Positions 24,964-38,249 of a DNA stretch of 64,000 bases are shown here, piece by piece. The notes under the pieces were generated by a model, which was given only the letters and a program-made list of their open reading frames with translations, was not told the DNA's origin and ran no database searches. The position numbers and the translations under genes are program-made. Source of the DNA: Lama glama. Its lineage: Eukaryota. Each line of letters begins with the position of its first letter. Positions within the stretch are counted from its first letter, which is position 1. The stretch spans positions 93,994,001-94,058,000 of the forward strand of contig CM052816.1 of the NCBI GenBank assembly GCA_028534125.1, written 5' to 3'.

Positions 24964-26578
24964 GATTGACATTTTCATACATTCGCGCACACACACACAT
25001 ATTTGTATGATGCCACACAAAGACATGTCAAAATTTTCAAGAGCAGTTAGAGTGCAGATAGATATGTTGTTTAAATATTATTTCAAACATGTAGGTTGTT
25101 ATGATACCATGAATTGCTGGTGTGATATTATAAATGTGCTGTAGGGGTTACGTCCGTATGGTCGTCTCCAGTGCTGAAGGAACTCCGTCATTACCCATAG
25201 GAGGGACCCGATCATATTGACTCTATGAAGTGCTGCTGGGAACAACATATCCAGCCTTCATACACACTCAGAGCCTGCATTTTCTATAAGCAAAATGGTA
25301 TTTTGTGTGAAAGACCATATTAAGTTCTATGAATACAGTGCCAGATGTTTTATATGGAATTAATTTTGCTGATACATATTCAAGACTTATTAAGATGCAC
25401 ATTAAGAGAAAGAGAGAAATACTTTCACCTTACCATCCCTCCCTTATACGTAAATAACAGCAACTTGTCATTTTAAATTTATTGTCTTTTAAAAGTTAAT
25501 TTCCTTTGAAGGAAGTACTATTGGAAGCAAAACCCTAGAGGAATAGTAGGGAGAAGCTGTTGATAATTAAATTAACACTACTTGTCTAAAGGCAATTTAC
25601 AGAAATTATTGCAAGTGAAAAAATTGCAATAATTGGAATTATTAGTATCTTCTCATGAGACATACATTTAACTTAATTTTTAAAATTTACTGAAAGTACT
25701 AATTTAGCTTTAAAAATAGAGCATTTTACATCAACAAAATACAATTTAACCAATGATGTCTTCAGTTTTTCAGCCCATCCCACACAAAGAGGTAAACTTG
25801 ATCTTAAAATCTAGGTTATCCTGGAGAATTAACTGAAGATTATTTTGTTGGTATTCTTGCATCTCAAATGTGGTTTTTTTTCAATCTAGAATACAATCAA
25901 TTTCAAAGGATGCAGTCATGAGAAAGACTTTGAAATCTCATCTTCCCAAGAAGAGAGAGATTTCTTGTCCAAACCAAATAGATTTTTTATAGCTTCAACT
26001 GATAATGTTGTGTGGAGAATCTTCACAGTCAAACTTTTATGGGTGACATTATCCTATCACCTTGGTAGTTATGAATTTGACTGGTCAATATATTTAGGTA
26101 ACATCAAGATGTAAATTGTTTACATATAAAGTTAATACCTGGCTCCTGCATTAAGCCTGACAAGGTAAGGTTTTTATTTTTGAGCTTCTTAATCTGGACA
26201 TATTTCCTGGAAGCAGATCTAACACTTCCTAAGAAAGTTTAGGTAGTTTTAGGAAGAGAAAATATAAACCCCTTTTTGTATATGATATTTATATATTTTA
26301 CTTCTTATTATAGTTGTAACCGTATCTGACAGTTAAGCTGATGAGTTTAGTTAGTGAAAATCTAGCCAGCTTGTGTAAATAAATGAGACGGAACTTGTCT
26401 TAACTGAGACAGTTACTCATCAGTTAAGTCTAGTAGGAAATAAATGTGTAATATCCACATTGAAATTAACATCCAACAATAAAATAATATTCAGCGTCTT
26501 GCAGTATATTTCAGAAGTTTAAATATCATGTTTCTTTTTATATAAAGCAGTTGAAGAACCTAAGTCAATTGTATTACT

Positions 26579-26819
26579 TTTTAAATTGAAATATAGTCAA
26601 TTTACAGTGTTGTGTAGAAATAAAAGCAAAGATAAACAAATGGGACTTAATTAAACTTACAAGCTTTTGCACAGCAAAGGAAGCCGTAAATAAAATGAAA
26701 AGACAACCTATGGAATGGGAAAAAAATATTTGAAATGATGCTAGTGACTAGGGCTTAATTTCTAAAATATATGAACAGCTCAGACAATTCAATAACAAAA
26801 ATCCACCAACCCAATCACG
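26579..26819 (-). mobile_element. Short 5'-inverted (twin-primed) L1 insertion
   Basis: Antisense L1 3' tip (about 26579-26615) fused to a sense ORF2-end piece (26616-26815); direct repeat TGTATTACT at 26570-26578 and 26820-26828. Confidence 0.75.
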
Positions 26820-26829
26820 TGTATTACTC

Positions 26830-27329
26830 NNNNNNNNNNNNNNNNNNNNNNNNNNNNNNNNNNNNNNNNNNNNNNNNNNNNNNNNNNNNNNNNNNNNNNN
26901 NNNNNNNNNNNNNNNNNNNNNNNNNNNNNNNNNNNNNNNNNNNNNNNNNNNNNNNNNNNNNNNNNNNNNNNNNNNNNNNNNNNNNNNNNNNNNNNNNNNN
27001 NNNNNNNNNNNNNNNNNNNNNNNNNNNNNNNNNNNNNNNNNNNNNNNNNNNNNNNNNNNNNNNNNNNNNNNNNNNNNNNNNNNNNNNNNNNNNNNNNNNN
27101 NNNNNNNNNNNNNNNNNNNNNNNNNNNNNNNNNNNNNNNNNNNNNNNNNNNNNNNNNNNNNNNNNNNNNNNNNNNNNNNNNNNNNNNNNNNNNNNNNNNN
27201 NNNNNNNNNNNNNNNNNNNNNNNNNNNNNNNNNNNNNNNNNNNNNNNNNNNNNNNNNNNNNNNNNNNNNNNNNNNNNNNNNNNNNNNNNNNNNNNNNNNN
27301 NNNNNNNNNNNNNNNNNNNNNNNNNNNNN
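26830..27329. other. Assembly gap (500 N)
   Basis: N run. Confidence 1.
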
Positions 27330-29077
27330 TAAGTTTCTATTGTCTGTGCACAATTTAGAGCTAAAGTCAGACGAGAGGAACTATTATGCAGATAAAGAGA
27401 TCCGTGGTCTTTCATAGTGCTGGCAGCTGTCATGTTGGAACTCTGCAGCACTTTGCCTTCATGAAAATTATACTTCTGCTGACCCTCAGCGTCAGCACTT
27501 ACATCTAAAGCGCTTTCAAAATATTTTTAAATTGAATAATTTTATTGAAAATACTGACCATGTAACAGACACAATGTCAGGGATGCTAATCTGTTCTCTC
27601 TCAGTGCAAACTGCCTGTGTCCAGATGGTCATCAACCACAAAAAATTAATCCTCTATTTTCATATATTTTCCTAATTAGCTCATCTTATGCAGATCTTAA
27701 AATAAGAGTAGTGTATTTAAAAATTGTAAAAGTGGTATATTTGACTTTAAGCCCTTTAAATTTTCGTATGTCATTACCATGTTTTGCTTGATTATTATTC
27801 TGGCCCAGAACACAATTATCTCAATCTCAATAGACTGAAATTAAAACAATACCAAAGAATAGTGTATTGTGATTCTCAAAAGTACCTAATTCTTTTTCCC
27901 AACTCAACAAACAGTGTGTGTGGGTGCATGAGTGCGTGGGTGTGGGTGTGAATTTAGTTGAAGATGGGACATAGAGATAAAAGGAGGCATAGGGAAGTCA
28001 ATATAATGGCACAGGTCCTAAAAACCTGGAATAATTTAACAATCCAGTTCACTTTCACACCACATTAAACTAGCATCTTCAGTGGCAGAAATAAGATGGT
28101 CTGGTACATAAGAAATGATTTATTTTGAATCTAGCATCCTCAGGGATCTAAAAAGAGGAACAATTCATTTATTTTTATCCTTCCCTAACACTTGCTAGAC
28201 AAACTGAGAGTAAAGGTGTTTCAAATACAGAGAAATATTCCTCTTTTTTCATACTTTTGAATTCAGACTGGAAATCCAATTAGTTCTACCTGAGGTATTA
28301 AATAATAAACAAAATTCCAACCCTCCACAGGAAACAGTAAATAGTATGTTAGAATAGCTTTCTGCTTTATGTCTTTAATGCCCAGGATAAAACTGGAAAT
28401 AAGAATACATGGCATAATTTCACTTCGCCGTCTCTTAGACTCGTGCTTTGTAAAAGAAATAGCTATTTTCTCCATGAGTGTTTTCCCTCCAGCGATTACT
28501 CAGATTCTCACCCTTTCACTTGCCAAAAAGAAATCCAATTATGTGCACCTTCCTTAGCCTCATTATTATTCTAAATTAAAAATTCGAGAGACAGTTTATG
28601 AATTTTTTTGCTTTCCCTCAAAAACGAAACAGCTCTTTCTGAGTAAAGATGCTAAACACTGTCTTCTATTCCTATTCGTCTCTTAATTGTGCGCAAGCAA
28701 CAACAAAAAAATGACTCTAGAGTTTTACACGGAAAGGGGAGGAAAGATACGTAATATTCAAAATTATTATAATATGTAGACAAGAAAGTTATAATATTTC
28801 TGAGGTTAAATCCCTATTTTAGCTTATTTTTTTTAATTGTAGTGACAATTAGAGCTTCTATCTTGCATCAAATTTAACAAATCATAGTGTCAACATTGTT
28901 TTTGGGCTATGTAAATTTCATTGATTTTGCTTTTGGTTATATGTCCTTTGAAGATATCACTCCGTAGTTTACTTACAGGATTTAAGGTTTTATATCAATA
29001 ATAACCCAAAGGGTTGGAATTTCAGAGGCCTTACTTTCTGCTATGGGAGTTGAGAATTTGTTCACCCACACATAGGC

Positions 29078-29088
29078 CCTCACTCTCA

Positions 29089-29126
<38 letters not shown>

Positions 29127-29145
29127 CTCTCTCTCTCTCTCCCTC
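29078..29145. repeat. Compound (CA)n(CT)n microsatellite
   Basis: Direct reading. Confidence 0.95.
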
Positions 29146-30199
29146 CATTCATCTTCTCATTGTCTTCGTCATGCAGGACTGTAAGCAGCGATGTTTTGGC
29201 TTCTCTCTCAGCTGCCCGAGGGACAATGCCTTTAAGCAACTCTCAGACTTTAAGGCCTGGAAGACAAATCTCCTTTCATAAGTCATGGTTTTCTCTTTAC
29301 GCTTCCAGGAATCATTGACATGGGAATAAATCAAGTATTCAGAAAAGGTGATGGTAAACGTTATTCTAACAGGGAAATTTTTAAGACTGAAGGTATATCA
29401 GAATTTCTAACGGCTCTCCTGCTCCCTGCTTAAAGACTTTACCAAGTTACACTGGGAGAATAAGATGGATAGAAATAGGGGGTGGGCTGCTACGCAGTAG
29501 CATGAGGATACTCAGTAAATTAACTGCCTGTGGAAGGCAAACCACTGAGCTTAAATCTAGGTGAAAGGGCTTGCAAAGATTCAGCGTAATACTGAGTTTA
29601 GGTTTTTACTCTCCGCTTTCAGCAAGGAGTTACAAAAAAAGATAAACTCAGAAAAGAATTAGTCTATTTATATGAAGATATAAAAGTGACTAGAAATAGT
29701 AAGTCAGTGCTTTGAAGTGTTGGAAAAGCTGATTGCCTCTATATTTCAAAAGTATGCAATAAGACACAAGCAGCTTTGCGTGATAAAGTCTTATTAATAT
29801 TCAGCCTGTGACATATATATGAGCATGCCCTTCTCACCTAATGCCATTATTTCTAATAGCCTCAAGGTAGCTGCCATTAAGTTGAGGGGAAAACTATTGG
29901 GCCGGGGAATACGAGAAATAAAAGTTTTCGTTCAATTATACTGTCTCTGGTTCAATATTCCATGTTGGGTTAATTTGGATAGAAGTGGGGGAGGACACAC
30001 AATTTAACTCTTTAGTTTATAGTCACTAAACTTGGAAGTTTTATATCGGAGACTGATGGAGAGGACTTGCATCCTTCAAAATCTTTGATCTGTGGTTGGA
30101 TCCAGGAATTGGGTACAGCCACCAGGAGTGAGAAAGATGAAATGGCATTTGCTATCCGACTGTGACTATTACTGATGCTTGATCAGTCAAAACTGTTTA

Positions 30200-30605
30200 T
30201 CTTTGCTGTGCACAGAGATCGATAGACTATATTTCCAAGCTTCCTTTGCAGTTGTAATTGGGTAAATGATTGATTCCAGGTCAATAAACAGAGATAGAAA
30301 ATACGTGAGCTACTGACAGGCTTACCACATGGGAGAATCTCCCATGGTTATCAGCCTTAGGAATAGATACGATTTCCAGGGTTACCTTGGTAGATACAGT
30401 GATAGTGGCGATTGTTTGACTTACCAAAATAGCGGTGTCTTATGGTTCAATTAAATAAATGAAGAAGTACACAGATGGAAGAGACGTGATTTCTGGATCA
30501 ACATTTGGAACACATCCACCAACCAAAAAGTCCCATACTGCACAGTTTTAAAAACAAGAAAACACCTTCATTTTGTTATGGCATTGAGATCCAAGGGTTC
30601 ATTGG
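30200..30605 (+). mobile_element. MLT1J-like MaLR LTR
   Basis: agactatatttccaagcttcctttgcagtt...cacagatggaagagac...aagaaaacaccttcattttgttatggcattgagat. Confidence 0.6.
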
Positions 30606-30724
30606 CTTTGATTCATAAAAATTCTGAATCTGACTTCTTTACTTTCATTCTATGTCATACTAAAAAAAAAAACACAACTTTTTTAGAGCTCTATCTCATA
30701 GCATTAGTTGGGGCCTGAGAACTT

Positions 30725-31135
30725 TTTTTCTAAGACAGTATTAAACGTGCAAGAGAATTATTAGGGGACAGAGGATGAGCAGGTAAGGAGAGCTTTCAGA
30801 CTGCAATGCAAGTTAACATCTGTGGGGAAGGAAAGGAGAGGGAGGTGTAGAAGAGGGTATGGCTGCCTAACGATGCCGATAAAGGATTGTTCAGGCCGCT
30901 GGGAGACCTTGAGCCCATAGGAAGGACACTGCACCTCACCCCAGTGGGCCTGCGTTGGTGCCATGACAACAATCAGGCATTACCTGGCACAGTCCACCGG
31001 AAGTGGGGCACCAGCCTGAATGCAGTGGTTAACTGAGAAGCAGCAGCTGGGACTCCTAGCCTATCACGCTCCTAACAGTGGGAAATCTGAGCACCTCATT
31101 CTCACGGCAGCTACAGTCCACCCCTTGTGATCCAT
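30725..31135 (-). mobile_element. LTR16-family ERVL LTR with adjacent polypurine tract
   Basis: ggagagctttcagactgcaatgcaag...gcagcagctggg...cagctaca then gtccaccccttg (antisense PPT). Confidence 0.7.
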
Positions 31136-31689
31136 GAGAACTTTGGCTGGCTGGCCTAGAGACCAGAGGCCAGGGAGTGTAATATTTGTTAAGAAAGGAT
31201 GGAAACAGACCAACATACACCTCCGTCCCTCCTGCAGCCTACATGCTAACCTTAGATCTACTCACAGACAAAATTAAAAGTTCTCATTTTTTTTTCGCAG
31301 ATTGTCCTGTGAAGGAGCTTTGACTGTCTCGGAGGAGACTTCCCCGAGACAGACAGACTCCTGTGGGAAACAACAAACGAGACATTGACTACTAGTTGGA
31401 TCTTACTGGCTCATATTAGGATTACAAACTAACAAAGATTACCCACTGGAAAATGAGAAATTGAGTCCAAGTATCGAGATAAAGACTTGCAGCCGGCTCC
31501 ACTGCTTCCGAAAACTCCCCTCACTCATACTAAAAGGGGGGAAATATAAAAGCTGTTATTATGAAAATTGGATGAAAAAGACTCCAGTTAGGGTGTACTT
31601 CTTTTAGAAAATGTCCCTGCTATATAAATTGAGCCCGAGTTACTAAAATAAAAAGTATATGGCAAAGCCTAGCCAGACAGGAATGTGAC

Positions 31690-32114
31690 TGTTGAAGGAA
31701 GGGATCCCCAAAGCTGCAAGAGAAACAGTAGTGATGATCTTCCCATCTTCCCACCTGACTGGGAGTTCTGGGTGAGCTAAATGAATGTGCATTTGTTCCC
31801 GCCGCATACAATCCCCAGGCCGGTCAAACCTGAGTGTTTGCTTACTGATGCCTTCCTGATACCTCCGCCCCTTTACCCAGACAGGAGCTTTCTTGAGGAG
31901 AAAGATGATTAGGGGTAGGAGTGAAGTCTCTTGGTCCCAAAAGGGAACGAAAGGCCATGAGAATCTATGTAAGATGTGGAGGAATCTTGGGGAGGAATGG
32001 GGATCAAACTGTTAAGGCTGTGTTGCGTGCATGCCTGTGATGCCGTGTCCTAACCAGCCCTAGGGAGGGAAGGAGGGCTTTGATTCAACTGATGGGATTT
32101 AACCCAGATTCACA
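31690..32114. mobile_element. Possible ancient LTR (MamGypLTR-like)
   Basis: TG...CA-bounded GC-richer block (tgttgaagg...gattcaca); family uncertain. Confidence 0.3.
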
Positions 32115-32274
32115 GTCGAGAAGGGAAGCTGATGTTATCTTCCAGGCAAAGCTCTCTGGGAAAATTCAGTGTATTGTGAGGTTGCTTTTTCACCTGAAAA
32201 AAAGGAGAAGGTTACCTACCAAACATTTGCAATAAAAATCATACTTAATGTTTTAGACAGTACGCTAAATAGTT

Positions 32275-32480
32275 CAGTAATTTCTCCCTCCCGTCTCTAA
32301 CACGGACACCACGTATCTTAAATCAGTGCTGGCCTTGTGACTTTCTTTGATTGATAGAATGTATTGCAAGTGACACTATCAATACAGGACCTAAACTTAA
32401 GAGGTCGGGGGCTTCTGCTTCCCCTAAGAGAAGCCAGCTGTAGGTCCCCAGAGATCACCATGCTGTGAAGAAGACCAGTA
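32275..32480 (+). mobile_element. MLT1G/H-like fragment
   Basis: gctggccttgtgactttctttgattgatagaatg...caccatgctgtgaagaag. Confidence 0.6.
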
Positions 32481-32499
32481 TCACTTCTGAGAATAATTC

Positions 32500-32913
32500 T
32501 ACTCGTTAACCTCTGGAGAGGACAGCCTCTGGTGCCCCGCGAGGGTCCTGGCTCACTTACCCCTCAGTTGCTGGAAATACTGGCTTCCTATTTCTCACAG
32601 CTACACCTCTTCTCTGGAAACCCGTCTTCATCAGAAAGGAGCCCTCCCACCAGAAAAGCAAGCTTTTCGCTTTATTCACAGCGAGGCACCTGGCTTCAAA
32701 GGGGAAAGCATGGCAGTACAGACTCCATACTCCAGAACCCTTTTCCTATTGATAGAGCCAGGCCAAAACTTTTCTTAAGATCATGTCCTTAATTCAGTCC
32801 CCCTATGCCTCCATCCCTCCCTCCCAGATTTTCCTGAAGAGCACTTCTTCCTAAACCAGGTGCATTCAAATCCCTGTGCCCCTCTGTGCTTGCCGGAAGC
32901 CCAGCCTTACACA
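32500..32913 (+). mobile_element. LTR16-family ERVL LTR
   Basis: ccctcagttgctgg...ttcctgaagagcacttc...caaatccctg...ctgtgcttgccggaagcccagccttacaca. Confidence 0.65.
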
Positions 32914-34258
32914 GCCTGAGTGGTGGTGGAGGGGGTGGTCACAAGGTTGTATTCATGTCACAGTTATTCACTCTGGCTCTTCTGTGCGTTTGAACCATGA
33001 ATAATGCTGCTGTCAATAAAATACTTGTAAAGGAACATATGTAAATGGAGATAGGACAGATATCGGAGAACAAGTATTAATTTTTGGCACAGATGTGCCA
33101 GAAAAATTTCAGCAAAGTATAATTATTAATATGAGGTCAGCTTTTAAAGAATCCAAAGAAATAAAATTATTTTTTTCTCTTTAAAATAAGAAGTATGACA
33201 AATAATACTGTATCACCAAAGCCCCCATCTGAGTTAGCTTGGCTATACTAGGCAATACAAGAAAGGATGCAAGCTCCAATCAAGTCTTATGTTATTTTCA
33301 AACATAATATATGAAAATATGGGAAGTTAATTCTACAGTATGGAGACATAACTGGCTTCAGATGTGATATTTTTTCATTTAAATAGCTTGCATCCATTGT
33401 GTACCATAGGGTATATGGTATATAATTCAATCTCCTTTTGTTCTTGTTTACAGATATAGGTTTCAAATACATTTACTTGATACAACAAAATAATACATTT
33501 TTTTAGCTGTGTGTTTCACACATATGGAACATTAAGCATCCTGTGTTGGTATATTTCTCCACTTTTCACCCCACCTTAAAGCAACCCTGCATAATTTACT
33601 TTCCTCAAGTTATATCAATGAGTTTCTGTTTTTCCTTTTCACTGTACCTACACATTTTATAATTATACTATTCACAGCTGACAGGCATAAGAAGAAAGCC
33701 ATAACCAGTAATTAAGTAAGTTGTCTTCTGCCACCAAGCTAATCTGTAAAACAGACAAGATCATTTAGATTGTCAAAAGGTAAAATGGCTCAAAAATCCT
33801 TCACTATATCAAATCACAAATGCCATCATCCTACTCAACACACACTTTATACGTATGACACTTTGGGATATTAAAGCAATTGAAAATGAAGCAAACTCTG
33901 ATAGTTTCCATCTTCCTAACCTTCTTTATAACATTCTGTATAATTGAGCTTAGGTAAGAATTCTAACACTAAAATTATTTGACTTTTCTCAAGAAGAATT
34001 ATCTTGCCTCAAATAAGAGGCGGGGAATACTAGAAATCAGGAGGATAAATTCCTAGGTTTGTTTGAATATAAACTATTCCTTGGGGGATTCAAAAGCACC
34101 CTGCTAAATAATTATTAAAGTGGAAATATTTCATTCCCAAGGATCCATTTGGTTTGCCCACTTTTTTGTGAAAAATGTTATGTTAAATACTTGTGCATTA
34201 AAAACCTCATCAGATGCTGGACATTTTCAGGTGTTGAAGCAATATTTCATTATCATTA

Positions 34259-35342
34259 ACCTACTGAGTGAGAGAAAATGTTTGCAAATGATATGACCTA
34301 TCAGTTAAGGTATTAATATTGAAAATATATAAACAGTTCATACTACTCACTACCAAAAAAAGAAAAAAAAAAAAAACAAACAACCGGATTGAAAAATGAG
34401 CAGAAGACCTGAATAGACATTCCTGCAAAGAAGACATACAGATGGCCAGCAGGCACATGGAAGGATGCGTAACATCACTAATCGTCAGAGAATTATAAAT
34501 CAAAAGAACAATGAGATATCACCTCACACGTGTCAGAATGGCCATCGTCAAAAATAACACAAATAACAAATGTTGGCGAGGATGTGGAGAAAAGGGAACA
34601 CTTGTACACTGTTGGTAGGAATGTAAATTGGTGCAGCCACTATGAAAGCTGTATGGAGGTCCCTGAAAAGACTAAAAATAGAACTACCAGTAATTCCACT
34701 CCTGCGTATATATACATAAATGAAAAAGCAAAAAAAAAAAAAAAACCCACTAATTTGAAAAGATACATGCACCTCAATGTTCACAGCAGCATTATTTACA
34801 ATAGCCAAGATATAGAAGCAACCTAAGTGTCCATCAACAGAGGGACGGATAAAAAGGATATGATATACAAATACAATGGAATATTATTCAGCGGTAAAAA
34901 AATGAAATTTTGATATTTGCAACATGAATGCCCTAGAAGGTATTAAACTTAATGAAATAAATCAAACAGAGAAAGACATATACTATATGGGTTATCCCTA
35001 ATATGTGAAATCTAAAAAATAAACTAGTGAATATAACAAAAAAGAAACAGACTCACCAATATAAAGAACAAAGTAGTGGTTACCAGTGGGGAGAAAGAAG
35101 GTGGAAGGGGCAAGGTAGGGGTAGGGGTACAGAGAGAGGTATAAACATCTACATATAAAATAAATAAGCTACAAGGATATACTGTACAACACGGGATATG
35201 TTCGATATTTTATAATAACTATAAATGGAATATAATCTATAAAATCTATAAATGGAATATAATCTATAAATATTTTGAATTATGTTGTACACTTAAAACT
35301 AATATTGTAAATCAACTATACCTCAATAAAAAATAAATAAAA
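34259..35342 (+). mobile_element. 5'-truncated L1 (ORF2 C-terminus, 3' UTR, A-tail)
   Basis: [24 protein letters not shown]; ends attgtaaatcaactatacctcaataaaaaataaataaaa. Confidence 0.92.
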
Positions 35343-35600
35343 TGTATTGAAACAGCTCTTTTAATTCTATGCCAAATTTTATTCAACCACTAATGTTTCT
35401 ATTTTCCACAAGAAGATGCATCAAGAACCTTCCTCCCAACAAACATGTGACTCAAAAATTTAGTTTTCAGAATTATTTAACCATTTTTATATTTTTGATG
35501 CTAACTCGCCATCATCAATAGAATTTTAAGAGTATAAATATGACATGGCTATCAGTAACTGATTAAGAAATGTCACTTTAGGAGTAAGATCAGGTGATAC

Positions 35601-36440
35601 TGTAATTTATAATAAGAAATATATATTTGATTTTTATCAAATAGTATTTAGAAACATATGTTTGATTTTTATCCCTGTTTCTGGCACAGAGCTTCTAAAA
35701 CTCGTGGAATTTCCTAGGTGATTAGGGCCATAAGAGTGTCTTAATGAGATGACTTTTGGACCACACCTGAGGATGGGAACTTGTTGCCAGGAGAACCAAC
35801 CATGTGATTAGAGGGCTGGAACTTTCAGTACCACACCCTGAACTGCAGGGAGGGGAGAAGGACTCGAGGCTGAATCAGTTGCCAGGGGATCTCATTAGCT
35901 GCATCTTTGTAATGAAGCCTCCATGAAAACCCACAAGGGCTGAGTTCAAGAGCTTTCAGATTGGTAAACAGGTGGAGGCTTGGGGGAGAGTGGTGCCCTC
36001 CAAGAAGTGTGGAAGCTCTGCATCTTTTCCTCAAACCTTCTCCTATGCATCTCTTCCATTTGGATGTTTATCTGTATCCTTTAACATATCCTCTTATAAT
36101 ATACCAGGAATCCATTAAGGAAAATGTTTTCTGACTTTTGTGAGCTTCTCTAGCGAATTAATCGAATTTAAGGAGGAGGTTAAGGGATGCTCTGATTTAT
36201 AGCTAGTTGATCAGAAGTACAGGTAACAACCTATGTTTGCAACTGACATTTGAAGTGGTGTGGAGCTCCGGACAGTCTCGTAGGACTGGACCCTTAACGT
36301 GAATCTGAGGCTATCTTTGTGTAGAGTGTCAGAATTGAGTTGACTTATAGGATATCCAGCTGCTGCCCCAGAATTGCTTATTGATGGTGTAGAAAAGCAC
36401 CCCCCTCCACCCACACACATACAAATACACATCTTGGAAT
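35601..36440 (+). mobile_element. MER21-family LTR
   Basis: tttctggcacagagcttctaaaac...accaaccatgtgattagagggctggaactttcag...taatgaagcctccat...gtgtcagaattgagttg. Confidence 0.88.
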
Positions 36441-37294
36441 TGGGTCCTAAAGAGAACCAAGAACCTAAAAGGGATCATAACCAGAAATAAATGATTTTTT
36501 CTGTATGATTAAAAGTGATTTCTTTAAAAAATACATTCCATATATTTCAAGTGGGTTATAAGCAAGCCACCCTGATGGGTCCCTTTATTCCCTTTTGACA
36601 CTTCCCCTAATCTCTAGTAAACTGATTAGTTTACATCAAGTTATAACAAGAGGATCTCACATTGTTAATTCCTGACCTCCTCTCTTTTTCAATACTGATC
36701 TGTGATGGAAATTTTCTGGAACCCAAAATAGCCACGCTTGACCTTTCTCTTCTCTTCCATGAGCCCATGTCTAAACAAAGTAAGTGCACCGTAAATGTTA
36801 GGGCTTTGCTAACCTGACGATCCTGTGTATATCACTCGATTTTTAGCTTTAGGACCAACTTTTCATTTCTCATTCTAATATACTGATAAAACTAAAGCTT
36901 TTCTTTAAAAAAAAAAATTCCCCCTTCTTTTCCTAGTTTCTTCTGCCTGAAGACAAAGGTTCTTCCTTGAACCCCACCCAGCCTGTGGCAGGCAGACAGC
37001 TGACGTCACCTGCCTTGTCATTGGGATTCAGAAAGTCCACCCTCCCACTTTCTCTTTTGCTCATGTTGTGATCCTAAGTCATACTATCAGGGAATGTCAC
37101 ATAATCACTCTCCTAAACCGCGGGCATCTACACGTACTGTATTTTCTAGACATTTTCTATTCTCACTTTATGTCAGCATGTTCAGTTTCTCTGTGATGCA
37201 ACAGCCCTGTGGTTCTCTATCCATTCCAAGATATGATTAACCTGATCTAATCATACATTTCAATATTTAAAGTAATGTTTGGAGGAACTTCTTA

Positions 37295-37497
37295 GTTTTT
37301 AAACAGTGTTATTTATGTACAATTCACCTATTTAAATATACAATTTTTAAAATATATTCACAGATGTGCACAAACATCACCATAGTCAATATTAGAATAT
37401 TTTCCTCACCTCTAAAAGAATCCTTGTGTGCTTTAGTTTTCAACCCCTTATGCCCTCAGATATCCCCTGGCCCCTCGCAACCACTAATCTACTTTCT
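37295..37497 (-). mobile_element. L1MB-type 3' end
   Basis: atatattcacagatgtgcacaaacatcaccatagtcaatattagaatatttt...gcaaccactaatctactttct. Confidence 0.8.
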
Positions 37498-37499
37498 AA

Positions 37500-37620
37500 G
37501 GACCACAGTGATGTGGCATGTTAACACCGAGGGAAGCTGGATGATGGGTATGCAGAAAATCTCTTAAGTCCCTTTGCCACTTCAATGTAAATCTATTCTA
37601 AAACAAAGGCAATTTTAAAG
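37500..37620 (+). mobile_element. L1MC/MD-type 3' tip
   Basis: atgttaacaccgagggaagctggatgatgggtatgcagaaaatctct...tgtaaatcta. Confidence 0.65.
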
Positions 37621-37689
37621 TATCTCAAATACATACAGTACAAAGCAATACAACCTTGTTGCACTAATATGTATATTGTGTTCGTGCAA

Positions 37690-37812
37690 AGCCAGCCTGA
37701 CGAAACGCAGGCCCCGAGAGTAAGTGAATTTGCCCAGGTGCCACCCCGGGGGCTTGGCACCCGGGCTTCTGGTTCCAGGGTCCATTCTTTAAACCGCCGC
37801 AGTTTTCTACTT
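37690..37812 (-). mobile_element. MIR (unusually GC/CpG-rich copy)
   Basis: gacgaaacgcaggccccgagagtaagtgaatttgcccaggt...ggttccagggtccattctttaaacc. Confidence 0.65.
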
Positions 37813-38249
37813 ACTCTGCTGCATGACAGGTTTGAGCAAGTCGTTATAAGGAGGAACAAAAAATATTGAAACGTGAGATAAACACTTGAGCTGTTCTTCC
37901 CAAACATGAGTCTTAAAGAATTCCAAATATTAGTCAGAAGTGATTTTTCTCACTTAAACATAACCTGCGATTAGAAATGTCTGCTTGTGGGCGAAAGTGG
38001 GTCATGTCGGGACTATGTGCTCATTGATCTCAGTTAGAAAAGCTGGATAATTATCAAACTCTGGAATATTTGTCTAAAAGAGCTCAAATCCTGGCGGCAC
38101 TGTCGAATGTGCCACCATCAGAAATTCAGTCGACGTCTCTATTTCTCAGTACCTGGACTGGCAGATCATAGCACTCACCTCTCAAGTGTTTGCAAAACCG
38201 GCGGCATATATTCAGTGAGTGATCGGTGCTATGACAACAGCGGCGTCGG

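Noticed and set aside
25993..26164. Possible exon between tttttatag and AAG|gtaagg
   Set aside because: Splice-like motifs are frequent by chance; no recognisable coding content or partner exons
26748..27451. ORFs of about 200 aa
   Set aside because: Artefacts of translating the 500-N gap
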